Shown in pieces: positions 1-16,263 of a DNA stretch of 64,000 nt. The stretch lies in the NCBI RefSeq assembly GCF_009914755.1, contig NC_060929.1. One strand, written 5' to 3'. The position numbers were made by a program, and so were the translations under genes. The DNA is from the human T2T-CHM13v2.0 reference genome, Homo sapiens. The number at the start of each line of letters is the position of its first letter. Position 1 is the first letter of the stretch. The notes beneath the pieces are model-generated. The model searched no databases. It saw only the letters and a list, made by a program, of their open reading frames with translations, and was not told the DNA's origin.

Positions 1-174
1 TGAGTAGCTTGGGATTACAGGTGAGTGCCACCACGTCCAGCTAATTTTCCTATTTTTAGTAGAGACGGGGTTTCACCATGTTGGCCAGGATGGTCTCGAT
101 CTCCTGATCTCATGATCCGCCCTCCTTGGCCTCTCAAAGTGCTGGGATTACAGGCATGAGCCACCGTGTCCAGC
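1..174 (-). mobile_element. Alu (AluS, Sc-like), cut by window edge
   Basis: Reverse-complement Alu left arm: ggatggtctcgatctcctga...aaagtgctgggattacaggcatgagccacc. Confidence 0.95.
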
Positions 175-828
175 ATCACTCAATATTTTAATATTCAATA
201 ATATTTAATATTTTTAATGCTATTATAATGATAGGCATCTACTTTGCCATGCATTGTCCATTAGGCACTTGGAAGCAAAATTAATTAGAATCATAAGGAA
301 AATTATATTTATTCAATTATCCAGAGTATGAATTCATCTTCCATTCCCTACGTCCCATTCGTTTTTAATATAATTAAATGAACACAACTTTTCAGCACTG
401 TCCTTCTACTAAAACCTTAGAAATCATTGTTTAGGGGTTCTTTCCTTGAATTTATCTTTTTAAGCCACTTCTTTGGGCATGATACCTACACTGTCAAATC
501 TATATTTAAAGTCCTCAAAATATTCAAATGGCCAACCCCTTTTACTGAATCAGTACTTCTATATTAACTTACAAAAATTATTGTACTGCCAGGAAAAGGC
601 TGACTACAGGAGAACGTGGTCTAACAACCACTTAAAGGTTCAAAAAAATTTCTATTTGCCTATTAATTAGACAATCTCAACTTTTCTTCTTGTTTTTCTA
701 ACTGTGGAGGGAAAAGAAAGGTAAGCTTTGAGGTTAGACAAACCTGGGTTTGAACCATTCAATAAGTTACTTTAGAAAACTCATCCACCCTGAACTTCAA
801 TAAGTGGTCCTCAGATGAGAAAAGAGAA

Positions 829-1128
829 CAGATAATCCTTGGTTTCCATGGGGGATTGGCTCCAGGACCCTCTGCAGATACTAAAATCTGTGGATGCTCA
901 AGTTCCTATATGAAATGCTGTAATATTTGCATGTAACCTACACATATCCACCTGTATACTTTAAATCATCTCTAGATTACTTATACCTAATACAATGACA
1001 ATGTTGTGTAATTATTAGACTGTATTTTTTATTTTGTATTATTTTTTATATTTTTTGTTCAAATATTTACAATTTGCAGTTCATTGAATCTGCAGATCTA
1101 GAACCCGCAGATACAGAAGGCTAACTAT
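829..1128 (+). mobile_element. MER2 (TcMar-Tigger non-autonomous DNA transposon)
   Basis: Matches recalled MER2 consensus: gggggattggctccaggacc...ggatgctcaagttcc...tactttaaatcatctctagattactt...gaacccgcagatacagaagg. Confidence 0.85.
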
Positions 1129-1224
1129 AATAATACTAAAGCTACTAACTCTACTGAATTAAATAAGCAAGCATCAGGTGCTTAGCAAAGGGAAGATATT
1201 TTCTCACACCTAGTGAATCCAAAG

Positions 1225-1460
1225 CCAAGCCGCCCACATCTACTACTGGAATGTGGATGAGTCTCCTGAACAGGCCCCACTAGTTCCCATCTGATCCCTG
1301 TATAATCCATCTTCCATTCAACAGCCAGAGCAAGTTTTCAACATGTAAATCTGGTGCTATCACCTCCTGCTTAAAACTATTTAATAGTTTAAGAGTAATC
1401 TTAACAGAAACCCAACTCCCAGCCACAACTGCCAGACCCTATGGAATCTTAACTGGGCTC
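1225..1460 (+). mobile_element. L2 fragment
   Basis: acagccagag...aaatctggtgctatcacctcctgcttaaaac resembles the L2 3' region. Confidence 0.6.
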
Positions 1461-3378
1461 CCCTGGGGCTTGGGTTCACAGCCAATTTCTTTGAGCCACT
1501 CTTCAGCATCTGATACCCCAACCTCTGAGATTCCTATGAGCAGCTATACCACTGTCTCATACTTGCTGAAGACAAATAGCCCCAATCTATATGCTCAGGG
1601 AACTACTTGGGGTTTTCTGTAAGTCCCAGGGATCCCTGTGCCCAACTCAGGTGGTAGTATCTACCTACTTTTGTCCCCAGGGACTCACCCTATTTCCCTT
1701 TTCTTTTTCAAGGGATACCACTTTTTCCTAAGTCTTGTAGATTTTCTCCTTACCCCATCCCTAAAGCCTGGCTGCCAAGTGGCAGGAGCCCTCCCCTCCC
1801 TCCCTTGCTGTTGATGTTCTTGCTTCTCCAAAGATGTGCACACTGGCCCTTCTTTATGAATGGGTTTTAGTGCTAAGGACTAAAGGGAACAGATATGTGG
1901 AGGTTGACATAAAAATCTAACAACTAAAGGCAGTATAGTCATTGCCTATGTTTCTGACATGTCGTGTGGATAAGCAAGCCACTGAAACTCCTGCCCTCCA
2001 CCTGTTATCAGCAAGCGGATCTCTCCAAAGTCCTCCCTTCACTCTCAAACCAGAAGGCAGAATCACAACCCATGAACCAGGTGAGCTATAGACCCTCGTA
2101 AGCCCACTCCTTTCAGATGAACAGTTTGCATTTCTGAGGGCAGAGTTCCTATTCAAGCGTTTCATTAAGATAGTGAATAATGTCTAGTAACTATACCTAT
2201 AGAAATTGAGTAGAACCACGCACAATTCAATTTAAAAGGATGGCCTTATCTTACAAGTCACAAGAGAAGGAAAAAAAGGCATTTACTAAGGTTCTACTAT
2301 GCGCTAGGTATTTTTATACTGTCGTCTCACTCAGCGCTCACAATTAGAGCAACGTGGGTATTTCCAGGCCTGTTTCTCATATTAAAAAAACAAAAGGATA
2401 CTAGCCCGAGGCTAGCAAGTGGCAGAAGGTAGACTACTGCCCAGGTCTAATTCTAAGCCAGTCCTTTTCCAACTCTGCAACCTCACACGGTGTTGCAAAG
2501 AGACAGTTGGATATTCAAGAAATACTTTTAAGTAGAAATTGAATTTTAATTAGAGACTGAAATGAGAAACAACATGTTCAAATGTACTGTATATAAAATT
2601 TTAACACACACCACCCACACATAACTCATGCTGCCAGAGTAACTTGGGGTGGGGGGAAAGATCAAGTTTCATGATAAAACCTATGTTCTGCCTTCTCACT
2701 GAAGATCAGCTCAACATTGCACAGTGAGCTACTTTCCAATCTGTAACATTTGCAACTATGATTCTGTTGGAATCCTGTTTTTCCTCAATGCTACACCAAA
2801 AAGAGAACAAAATGCAGAACCAAATAAACTATTTGATAAGCCTTCAGTTCTCAACCATGTCTAAAGGCAGTTTTTGTGTTCATCAGAACAGCTTCATTGT
2901 CCTCACTGATTAATATATAATAATAATAAACGTGTAAGTAAATATCATAAATATAGGCTTGTAAAAAGTCAAATATAGTAAAATATCACTTGTTTAATAG
3001 TTCTGCATAAAATTAGTTGGAAAAAACTCCACTGCCTAAATGAAAAGAAACATGTTAGTTCCTCCCCTATACCACAATGTTTTCTTAAATAACTCATAGT
3101 AAAGTGAAGAGAGATTGGCTGATACATTAGGATCAACCTAGAAGCAAGGAAAAAGTTGAAAGGAACTTTGCATCTATTCCAACCTCTCACTCAGTGCATG
3201 AACCCCTTTCTGTGATGTCCCTAACAGGCAGGGACCCAGCTTCTGTTCTGTCATTTCCTACTCAAGGAAGATGAACAAATCTTAAGAGAATTCTTCTTTA
3301 CCTGAACCAATACCTGGCCTTCCTATGATCATGACCTGCTCAGATTCATAGAAGACTTTATGCCCTTCAAACAACTAA

Positions 3379-3647
<269 letters not shown>

Positions 3648-3770
3648 CTGTCTTGCTCTTCTTTAAAGGTTCTCCCCAAGTCCAAAAGCCAAAACTCCAA
3701 TGCCAACGAAAAGTATCATGCAATACTGCCTCTCTTCTTTGAGGAGGTAGGTAAATCCTATTCTACTAAC

Positions 3771-3930
3771 CCAGCGGCTGGCAAATTCCAATCTGTGGGA
3801 AAATCCAGTCCACTGCCTGGTTTTGCCAATAAAGTTCTGTTGAAACACAACCACAGCCATCTGCCTATCTATTATCTACAGCTGCTTTCAAACTACTAAG
3901 GTGGAGTTCAGTAGTTGAAAGAAAGACATA
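3771..3930. mobile_element. MER58A-like hAT-Charlie fragment
   Basis: ggcaaat...ccactgcctggttttgccaataaagttctgttgaaacacaaccac...ggagttcagtagttg. Confidence 0.75.
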
Positions 3931-5849
3931 TGTATATTACGTTCAGTGTTACAGGCTACAGTCTCAGTAGTTACAAGGGTCATCCCTGTATTATTTAGGA
4001 TGCCCAAATGCCTGCCAAACATTAAGCTCACAATAAGTATTTGCTGAGTAAGGAAGGTCAGAAAAGGAAAGAGGGAGATTAGAAAGAAGGGAAGGTAGGG
4101 CTTTTCTTCTCCCAAAACTAACCTGAAATCCAGCCTTATAGAATACTTTAAAACCTGACAGATCCTTGTCTTGCTGCAAGATCTTTTAACACAGGGCTAC
4201 ACAGCAGAATTAAAATTGAGGACCTAAAGCGACTATGTTTTATTTCAGGCACATAAACACTGATTAAAATATCATTTAATAAAACAAAAGTCCTTGTTAA
4301 TTTTGAATGCACAGGAAAATACTACTCATAGTGTTAGAAGCATATGTATTTGTTACTGTTGCTACTGCTTATTGTCTTAATATCACTCACTGCAGTTATA
4401 TAAAGCAATTGGGATAAATAATCTTTCCCTCAGATGAACTCTTAAGCACTCTGGATTTGGGGAAATAGAAAAGAACTGCTTTAAGACAGATGAGGAAAAG
4501 ACTGAATCATCAATGAGCTTACTATAACTCTTGATTCTTCATCTCCTTCATGGTTTAATAATCACTCACTTTTACGATGGTTTATTCAAGACAACCTTTG
4601 TAGAAAGTATTAAAATATGCATCACATCTTGCACAGCTTTTCAACTTTTTAAGCAACTTGTTTCATTATACTTGTGTTCTCTTACAAAGAATCTGATGTG
4701 AAGAATTTTAGAATTAGCAATGCAAGATCTTTCTCAACATGGAATCGAAATTTTTACTGAGTCCATTTTATGAAACTATTTCACGTGAATATTAAGTACA
4801 CATAATTATTTATGATAAAACAGGAAGAACTCAGAAGACATGAAATGGAAAATAGTCACCTATGGGTATTAACAAAGATCCCCAGTATAGTTAGGTATTC
4901 TCCCCAAATAATGACATAATGAAACTAAAACATCACTAGCACAGGAATCTCAGGATGCACAAAAATTGCAGCCTACATCCACAGAAATAATAAATAGGGG
5001 CTGCACTCCAGGCTCAAAAAGTGATGCTACCCACAGCCCAAGGCCAGGTCAGTAGGGACCCTGAAAGAGTCAGGAAATGCAAAGGAAACCTAGGAGCAAT
5101 CGCGTGATCACATCTAAATGACCCAACCTTTAAAACACACATAGAAATCCCAAAAAATTATAGGAAAAAGTATGTTACACTGAAAAAAACATTACTGGTG
5201 AACAATATAAAATATACATTTCTATACAAAATGAAACAAAGAGAGAAATCCAATAATCCAAAGAGGTTTTCTACTTTAGCCCAGTGACTTGAAAAGAGAA
5301 CCAGCCTCATTCAGGAAACATTCGAAATGACCAAGAACGGCAACATTACCCAATAAATCGTCCCAATGCTCCTTCCTCTACCATACCCTGCCTCTCAGGA
5401 AACATTCATACAGGAAGAAGGGATAAAAGAGCTGGCCAATAAATCACATGCTCTGCTTCTCAAAAGCAGAAACTTGACTTTCAAATTGTTTGACTCCAAT
5501 GAAATAGGAACTGAAGGCTCCAAACAATCACAGAATTCCAGAGTAGCACCTCAGAAAACTCATCTACTGAGTCGGCTCGTGTGGCCGAACTTAGGTAACA
5601 GCTGTAAGCATAACTGGCCTGAGGAGAGATGTGGGCCACCCTCTTCCCTGCCAGGACCTTTCACCCTGTGAATCAGAAATAGCTGCCACTTAAAACACCA
5701 GCAAGCAGTTGAAGTGTCTTTAACCCAGTTACCCTACACTATGCGTATTAGGCAGAGACAGGGAGATTTTTGGAAGGCTGGTAGGGGGAAAATGAATCGA
5801 AATGGAGCAAAATCTTTTTGGTGACAACAGTACCATAAGTCCTTGTTTT

Positions 5850-6050
5850 ATATACACTTTTGTAGTACTTACAGAATTAGGCTCTCTTTTAAATGCTTTA
5901 TATACACATTAACTCAATTCTGCGAGGTAGGTATTTAATACTATCATTACACCCACTTTGCATACAAGGAAACAGGCACGGAGGCTGCAGAGCAGGTAAG
6001 TCACAGAGCTAGAATGCAAATGCAGGCAGTCTGGCTCTGCCCCTGACCAT
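5850..6050 (-). mobile_element. MIR
   Basis: Reverse MIR core: gaggtaggt...cccactttgcatacaaggaaacaggcac...gtcacagagctag...aggcagtctggctc. Confidence 0.75.
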
Positions 6051-7190
6051 TATTATGTGCAGCATCTCAGTCCAATCAAATATTTACTCAGCACCTGTCA
6101 TGTGTACTTGTGCCAGGTTCTGGGCATATTAAGAGGCCTGCAACCCAGCCCTGCACTGTGCCACAATGTGCTCTGTCCTATAACACAGACAGGAACAAAG
6201 GCCCGAGGCTGGGTTATGGCTAGCACATTAGGCACCTCTGTGCCAGTTCACAATGGGGATCTGGGCAAGCCAAGCAGGGGCTGGATTTCAGCCCCACTTG
6301 CCCCCTTGGCCAGGCACTTCTGTGCAGTGTCTAACAGGCCTCACTGTCTGAGGCAGCCCTGCAGTGGCCCTGGAAGGACCCTCAATTCTGTTTTGGTAGT
6401 GAAAGGTTGGGAGAAGAGAAGCCCTCTTTCCTAACGAGTTCTGCAGAGTTAATGCACCACCACCACTGTGGCAGAGGGTTGTATGGAAAGGCTGGAGAGG
6501 GCAGGTACTAGTGTGAGATGGGCTTATTGGAAAGGAGGCACAGAGCAGTGTACAGTAAGGATGACCTTAATATGAAAGATGCTATTTCATCTAGCATTTC
6601 CCTGGTTTAGGTAGTTGGGAGAAGATTAGGCCCAGGTTTATTGTGCTACAGAGGGTCCTCATTCAGATTACTAAACTCACAGCTCAATTACTGGATTCGT
6701 AAGACTCTCGGCCTATTTTTTTCTACTAAGAGGGGTTGCACTACCAGGGGAGTTCTAGTTCCTGATGAATGGGCAGACTGGACCCCCCTCAAGGGACTCA
6801 GTTGCTGTCTGGATCTATCACTAGGCTGGATTTCTTTGGAGGGGTCCCTGGGATTGAGTCCTGCCAGCTTCAGGTTCCTGGGGCAGAGAATTGGTAGTTT
6901 GAAGTGCTGAGTCCAGAAGCTAATGAAGATGGCCCAGGCCAAGGCCTTTCCAACAGGACTGAAATCTGGTTGCAGGCAGTTGTTGGAGCCTGGAGTTTGT
7001 TTTGTTGTGGGCAGCCTGCTTAGGGCTGTTTTGTTAGGGCAGTTTGTGAGGTTAGCCCTCTTATGTTATGTCTGGAACAATTGTATAGTAATCTGGATGC
7101 ATTGTCAGTAAAGCTAAAATGGGCTCTGTGATCATGACTTCTATCTAATTAAAATTATAAGGAGCATAGTATTGTGGAAATAATTTTTAG

Positions 7191-8440
<1,250 letters not shown>

Positions 8441-8454
8441 TTTGGTTGCTGTTG

Positions 8455-8772
<318 letters not shown>

Positions 8773-8954
8773 GCCAAGTTCCTCTTTGGTTCCTTTACTT
8801 TTGGTGATCCCATAAAAGCTGCATGTATACTACACGCCAGCAGTGGCTGAGGCCGTAGGCATCCTCAAGTATTTTCCTTTCCCACACAACTGAACCCTCA
8901 TGCATGGCTATGGCTTCAGCTACCATCTAAGTGGTTGCAAATGTGAGCTCAAAC

Positions 8955-9457
<503 letters not shown>

Positions 9458-9655
9458 CTAGGTATTAGTTTTAACTACATCTCCAAACCTCACCTCTGAG
9501 TTTCCATTTACCTATGTGAAATCTCAAGTTGAATTACTGCACAAGCAGTTCAAACTCAGTCACTCTAAAGTCAAACTTCTCCCTTTCCCACCAAACCTGC
9601 TATTTCTTCAGGGTTACAGATCATAGTGCATGACCCCCTTACCCACCTCAATACC

Positions 9656-10169
9656 TACAGTGGTTTTAAAACATGCCCAAAAATTCTTCAACCTTCCTCC
9701 CACCAAGAGATATCTCCCTTCTGCCCTTGAACCTAGCAATGCCTTTTTTACTGCCTTGATGAAAAGAACACAGTAAAAGTGACACTGAATCACTGTTGAG
9801 GATTGGGTAGAAAAGACCAGGCAGTTTCTGCCAGTTTCTCTTGGTACGTTTGCTCTGTAAGCCTTCAGCCTCAATATGAGAAGTCCAGCTATCTTGAGGC
9901 CATCACATAGAAAGACCACATGAAGAGAGATGCCCCAGGGGGCCACCCTTGTCCAGCACCCAGCTGTTGCAATGTACCCAGCTCAGATGCCAGGCATGTG
10001 TATGAAGCCTTGAGGTGACCCCACCCTCCATCTGATTACAACTTCATGAGGGATCCTGAACAATAACTGCCTAGTTGAACCCAGTCAAACCCCGATTCAC
10101 GAGTAAAATACATTGTTATTGTGTTAAACTATTGTTTTAAGGTGGTTCATTACTCAGATAACCAAAACA
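9656..10169 (+). mobile_element. MLT1 (G/H-like) ERVL-MaLR solo LTR
   Basis: cccttgaacc...agaagtccagctatcttgaggcc...ccaggcatgtgtatgaagcc...ctgcctagttgaacccagtcaa...gataaccaaaaca. Confidence 0.75.
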
Positions 10170-10830
10170 ATGCTCAAACCAAAAACCTAAGAATTATCCC
10201 TGAGATCTATTCTGTTGTCATCTTCCACATCCAATTACAAAATTCTGGCAATTCTTAAATGTTGTTAAATCCATCTACATTTATGCATCCCTCCTGCCCC
10301 TTCCTGGTTGTGAACACCATCATCTCATTTCTGGATCAGGACATCTTCCTAACTAGTCTTGCTCCAGTCTTCCCTCCCTTTCCAATCCTTCTCTGCACTG
10401 CAGACAGATCTGACCATGTCATTGCAGGCAAACTTTCAGAGTTTCCATGACCCTAGCTGGGCTCTGCAGCTTCATTTCTAGCACTGCTCCAAACCCTGCT
10501 CCAAAAACACAGAACCCCTGAAGTCCCTTGAAGTCATGGGGTTACTCACCCCCAAATTTCCGCACAGCTATTCCTTTTGCCTGGCCCTGGCCCTGCCTGT
10601 CACTGGGCCAACTTTACTCAGCTTTAATGTTGCAGATGTTAAAAGACTCCTCTGGGAAGTTCTCTTTGGCCCTGAAATCTAGGTTAGGTTGCCTTTCATG
10701 TGCTACTCTAGCCGTCTTTATTTCCCTCCAGATAGACTATGCTACTCCAAAATGTAATTGTTTATTTTTCATCGTACAGGAGCATAAGTACCTTGAGGGC
10801 AGACTAATGTCTTATTCACTCAACATTTTT
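10170..10830 (+). mobile_element. L2 fragment (continuation of the fragmented L2)
   Basis: caccatcatctcatttctgg...tccaatccttctctgcactgcag...ccttgagggcagact. Confidence 0.7.
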
Positions 10831-10839
10831 TTTTAGGGA

Positions 10840-11185
10840 AAAAAGCAAATTTAGAAAGATAGAGCATTATGTTACAATTTTGGTAAAATTCTTAAAGCAC
10901 ACACAATGATACTATATATGGTTTACACCCACATGCATATATGATAAAAAGCCAAAAACATGCATGAGACTGTTACTCACTAACCTCGGGATAGTGGTCA
11001 CCACTGAGAAGGGTGGAGGAGGAAGTGTGCAGGGAACAGGAGTCTTTAGTTTCATTTAAAGATCACCAGAATTTTGAAGTCAAAATGGCAAAATGTTCAA
11101 TCAGGAAGGCAGGTACACAGAAGTCTGTTATATTATTTTCTGTACTTTTCTGAATGCTTAAAATAATTCATAATTAGAAATAAAA
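10840..11185 (+). mobile_element. Old L1 (L1ME-like) 3' end
   Basis: atggcaaaatgtt...gtctgttatattattttctgtacttttctgaatgcttaaaataattcataat. Confidence 0.65.
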
Positions 11186-11829
11186 CTCTGAAAGAATTAT
11201 ATTTCTGTTTAGCTCCTGACTCCATGTCTATACTGATTAGGAACGGGTATAGACCTCCAATGCCTCAGTCAGTGGTCCTGGAGTGCCTCCAGATTGTCAT
11301 TCCCTTCCCCAAGAGAAAGAGAGAGAGAGGCCAGAGCAGCAGCTCTCCTGTTGAAAAAAGAACCCAAGGGAATCCCTCTTGGAGAGACATGGACATAATT
11401 AGTGGGATAAGTCCTCAACTCTGAAAGCAGCAGTCCAGAGGTTAAAACAGTTCCCAGCAAATCTAGGTACAGAGGAACTTGATAAATGAGATTGGCTTGC
11501 AAATGCAACTTTTCAGATGGTGAGCTACTATCAAAATCATGTAGGAGTGCTTGGCTCTATGAGCCAAAGGGCAGAACACCTACCTTTATGCACACTGAAG
11601 GAGAGAGTGGGTAATCAATGAAAGCAAAATCAGTGAGCAGACTCCCGCCTCAAACACAAACCCACACAACTTTCCCAGTGGGAGCTGCACTGTCACTGAG
11701 TTCCCAGAGGGCCTCTCACAGGCAACCAGGTGACAGAAACAATCAAGTGACCCCTCAATTTCCAGAATTGTTATCTATGGTTCACACAGTCTCTCTCACT
11801 CATCCTCTCAACAATTATTAATTATAATA

Positions 11830-12060
11830 GTTAAGCAGCACCGAAGAATGCTCATGGCCATGGGCTTAGAATCAGACAAGCTCATACACTGATCCTGACC
11901 CTGACCCTCCACTGGTTATGCAATTCTGGGCAACACTCAACCTTTCAGAGTCTCAAGTTTCCTCTTTTCTAAGTTGCTATGTCTTTGTGGTTAACAGCAC
12001 TGTTGGGAGGATTAAATTAGGTGATCCAAGGAAAACACTCAGCACTGTAAATGGTACACA
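11830..12060 (+). mobile_element. MIR
   Basis: ctgggcaacactcaacctttcagagtctcaagtttcctc...tgttgggaggattaaattag. Confidence 0.7.
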
Positions 12061-12189
12061 GTCCTGTATTTACCAGACACTAGACTAGATTCCAGTGATA
12101 AAATGGTGATTAAGACGGTCAGGGAACCAGCAATGATGCAGGTTACAGACTCAGATGCCAGCCATGTATTTAGCGCTAGAAATCTGAAC

Positions 12190-12249
12190 TGGCCTTATAA
12201 ATTGTGCGGCCCAGTGCAAAATGAAAACGCAAAGCACCTGTTCTAAAAT

Positions 12250-12284
<35 letters not shown>

Positions 12285-12366
12285 CCAGGATGGGGACCAA
12301 AGAGCAGTAAACCAGGCATGGGGCTCTTCTGAACCCAGCGGTTGCATGGCTGGGAAGCCAGCCCTG
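12190..12366 (-). mobile_element. MER91A-like hAT element with an internal T30 run
   Basis: aattgtgcggcccagtgcaaaatgaaaa...taaaccaggcatggggctcttctga...gaagccagccctg. Confidence 0.7.
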
Positions 12367-12801
12367 CTAAAAGTAGATGTGACTTGGTACTTTACAGACA
12401 CTCGGAAAATGAGGGTCAACCAGAACTGGGCTTCTTAGACTCATCCAAACACCTGGGACATTGGGACATTTGGGGAGATGACAGGGGAGAGCCACAACAT
12501 AACACAGGGGGCTGCAGGATCCAAAATAAAAGCCCCTCAATAATTTAATTTGTGGGAAGTATCAGAGGAAATTCCCACTTCTTGTCACCTACAATAGTTA
12601 TGAGACCTTCCCTAACAAGCTTTCCTTCTCTTTAGTCTACCTTAGAAATAAATCCTTTTATAAAGTTAATACCATCAGGAGATTTTGCCCAGCTGAAGTC
12701 CATAAGCAACAGGCTGCTTATGGCCTAGTATCTATTGGGAACAGCTGACTTCCCAGGCAGTGCGTGGCAAAAGAACATAGCACAGTCTCAGTACCTCTTC
12801 A

Positions 12802-13426
<625 letters not shown>

Positions 13427-13819
13427 GTTGCCTGAAAATCTATATGTGGTCACCTGGTGGAACACTAGATGCTGAAGATCACCTCAGTGGCTATGACCAG
13501 GGTATGGAGACTGTAAGGCAGGAGTTCCCAGCACACAACATAGTTCTCTTCCTAGCCAGCCTTCTCTGTAACAATCACCTGCCAGAGTCCTTGGGGACAA
13601 GGGCGCATCAGCCTGCCTGCTCATGGCCACTGCTTTCTTTAACATAGTAGTGGTCAAGGACCACTTTTCTGTACCTGTTTACTTAAGAAGCAATATACTA
13701 AAAATTTTGAGTGCATCCCAACTGCCTTAACACCAAGCTGCCTGAGCCTCTGCCTAGCACAAGGGAACTACTTGTAGGTGGAAGGCAATGAAGAGGGAGG
13801 GCCCTGGGGCCACAAGCGC

Positions 13820-13950
13820 AGTTCAACTACTTGCTAGCTGTGTGAACTTGAGGAAATTACACAACCTCCCTGAGCCTCAGTTTAATGCTATTACACATGC
13901 AAAGCACTTAGAACACTGGCACAGAGTAAGTGTTCAATAAATGTTAACTG
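13820..13950 (+). mobile_element. MIR
   Basis: ctacttgctagctgtgtgaacttgagg...ctgagcctcagttt...gtgttcaataaatgttaac. Confidence 0.8.
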
Positions 13951-14789
13951 ATTTTGCCCTCCTGATTATAACTCATATACTTATCTCCTCTCACCCCCGA
14001 CCTGAGCACTGCCCACATGCCAACAAGCATGTGGCTTTGGCATCTTTCAGAATGCAAGCCCCTGGAGGGCATGAATCAAGGTCCCTATGTGTCCTCTCCT
14101 AGGGCTCATACTGTTAGACTGGAGCCACAGAAGTTTGGGAACCAGACTTAACACCTTTGTAGAAAAGTTCCTACCTAATGGTACGGATTTGCTCAAAACA
14201 TTTTTGCTATATGAACTCCATATATGGTAGATCTGTTTATTGTGCTCAGATAATTTTTATCTTATAAATTATTAAGAAAGGAATATTTAATATGACTGCC
14301 TAATCCACTCGACATTTAGACTAAAAAGTGACCTACATTATCACTTTAAAGTTAGTCACAATAAATACAACTTACAATGTTCATAGATATTCAGGGTTAA
14401 AAACAACGAAACAATGTACTTTTTTTTTTATCAATAAAGAAGTTCAGTTCACAGATAACTGAACATAATATGAAATCACAAATGTACCTTCACTCCTCTT
14501 TTCAAGTAGGATCCTTTACAATTTCATAGTGCCTGTGGGCTCTACCCTTTGTAGCACATCATGGGTTTCTATTGTTGGTTAGTTAGCTGGTTTTTATCCT
14601 GCAAATGGTGACAGATTTGTGATGATCAACCCAATTCTCTCACCACATCTTCCCCACTGAGACATACATTTTTATGATGGCAGATACAGCCTATAACCAA
14701 GAAACTAAATAGGTCAAGTCCACCAGTCTATACAAAGAAATCTTATTAAACTAACCTATCAAATCTAATCTTATTAAATCCCAAACACT

Positions 14790-15056
14790 GGCAGGGCACG
14801 GTGGCTCACTCCTGTAATCCCAGCACTTTGGGAGGTCGAGGCAGGTGGATCACCTGAGGTCAGGAGTTTGAGACCAGCCTGGCCAACATGGTGAAACCCC
14901 GTCTCTACTAAACATACAAAAATTAGCTGGGCATGGTGGTGGGCACCTGTAATCCCAGCTACTTAGGAGGCTGAGACAGGAGAATCACCCCATTGCACTC
15001 CAGCCTGCATGACAAGAGCAAAACTCTGTCACAAAAAAAAAATAAATAAATAAAAA
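14790..15056 (+). mobile_element. AluSx-like with a right-arm deletion
   Basis: aggagaatcac joins directly to cccattgcactcc. Degenerate TSD aaatccc(a/c)aacac. Confidence 0.92.
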
Positions 15057-15071
15057 ATCCCCAACACGGTA

Positions 15072-15436
15072 CAGTAGTTTCCCCTCATCCATGGGGGATA
15101 TATTCCAAGTCCCAGTGGATACCTAAAACCACAGATAGTACTGAGCTATCATAGAACTAACTAACATAGCACAGAGCACACTATATTTTTTCCTATACAC
15201 ACACACCTATGATAAAGTTTAATGTGTAAATTAGGCATAGTAAGTGATTAATAATAACTAATAATAAAAGTGAACAATGATAACAATATACAGTAATAAA
15301 AGTTATATGAATGTGGTCTCTCTCTCTCTTAAAATATCTTATTGTACTTTACTCACTTATTTTGAGACCTCGGTGGACCATGGTTAACTGAAACCTTGAA
15401 AAGTAAAACCGTGGATGGGAGGGTGGAGGCTACTAT
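15072..15436 (-). mobile_element. MER44A (TcMar-Tigger)
   Basis: cagtagt-like terminus; ctatgataaagtttaat...gtggtctctctctc...aaatatcttattgtact matches recalled MER44A in reverse. Confidence 0.8.
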
Positions 15437-15963
15437 AAACAAATGCAATGAATATTAATTGACAATTAGCATCCAAGACTAATCAACCATTTTTACTTGT
15501 CACATTTTCAAGTCTAAGTTTATATTTTAGTTCACAATAAAACACACAAAATGAGAGAAATGTACTAGAAAGCAAAGAAGCACATCAGAAGCTACCCCCT
15601 CCCCTATGTGCCTTACTTAACCTGTCCTGCCACAGGTTCCTCTAGAGCCACACGACTGCCAGTCCTGCAGTCAAGGAGGATATTACAGCTGAGGGTTCAT
15701 CCCGCATGACTTTCAGGGCCATGCAGAAAGTAAGGGCTCCATAAATATTTGTTGAATAGATAAATTATTCAAATGGGTTTTATTTTCGTAGCTTTTAAAA
15801 GATTCTTAAAAGAGTCTTGTGACTTCCTGCTTGTTGATTACAACTCCCAGTATTTCCATAAATTGAGACTAGTTTAAAAGGTATTTCAATACCACTAAGC
15901 AGTAACAGTCATTCTACAGGAGGTATAAAAGTAACATCAGCAACATAATCACAATACGTTAAC

Positions 15964-16263
<300 letters not shown>

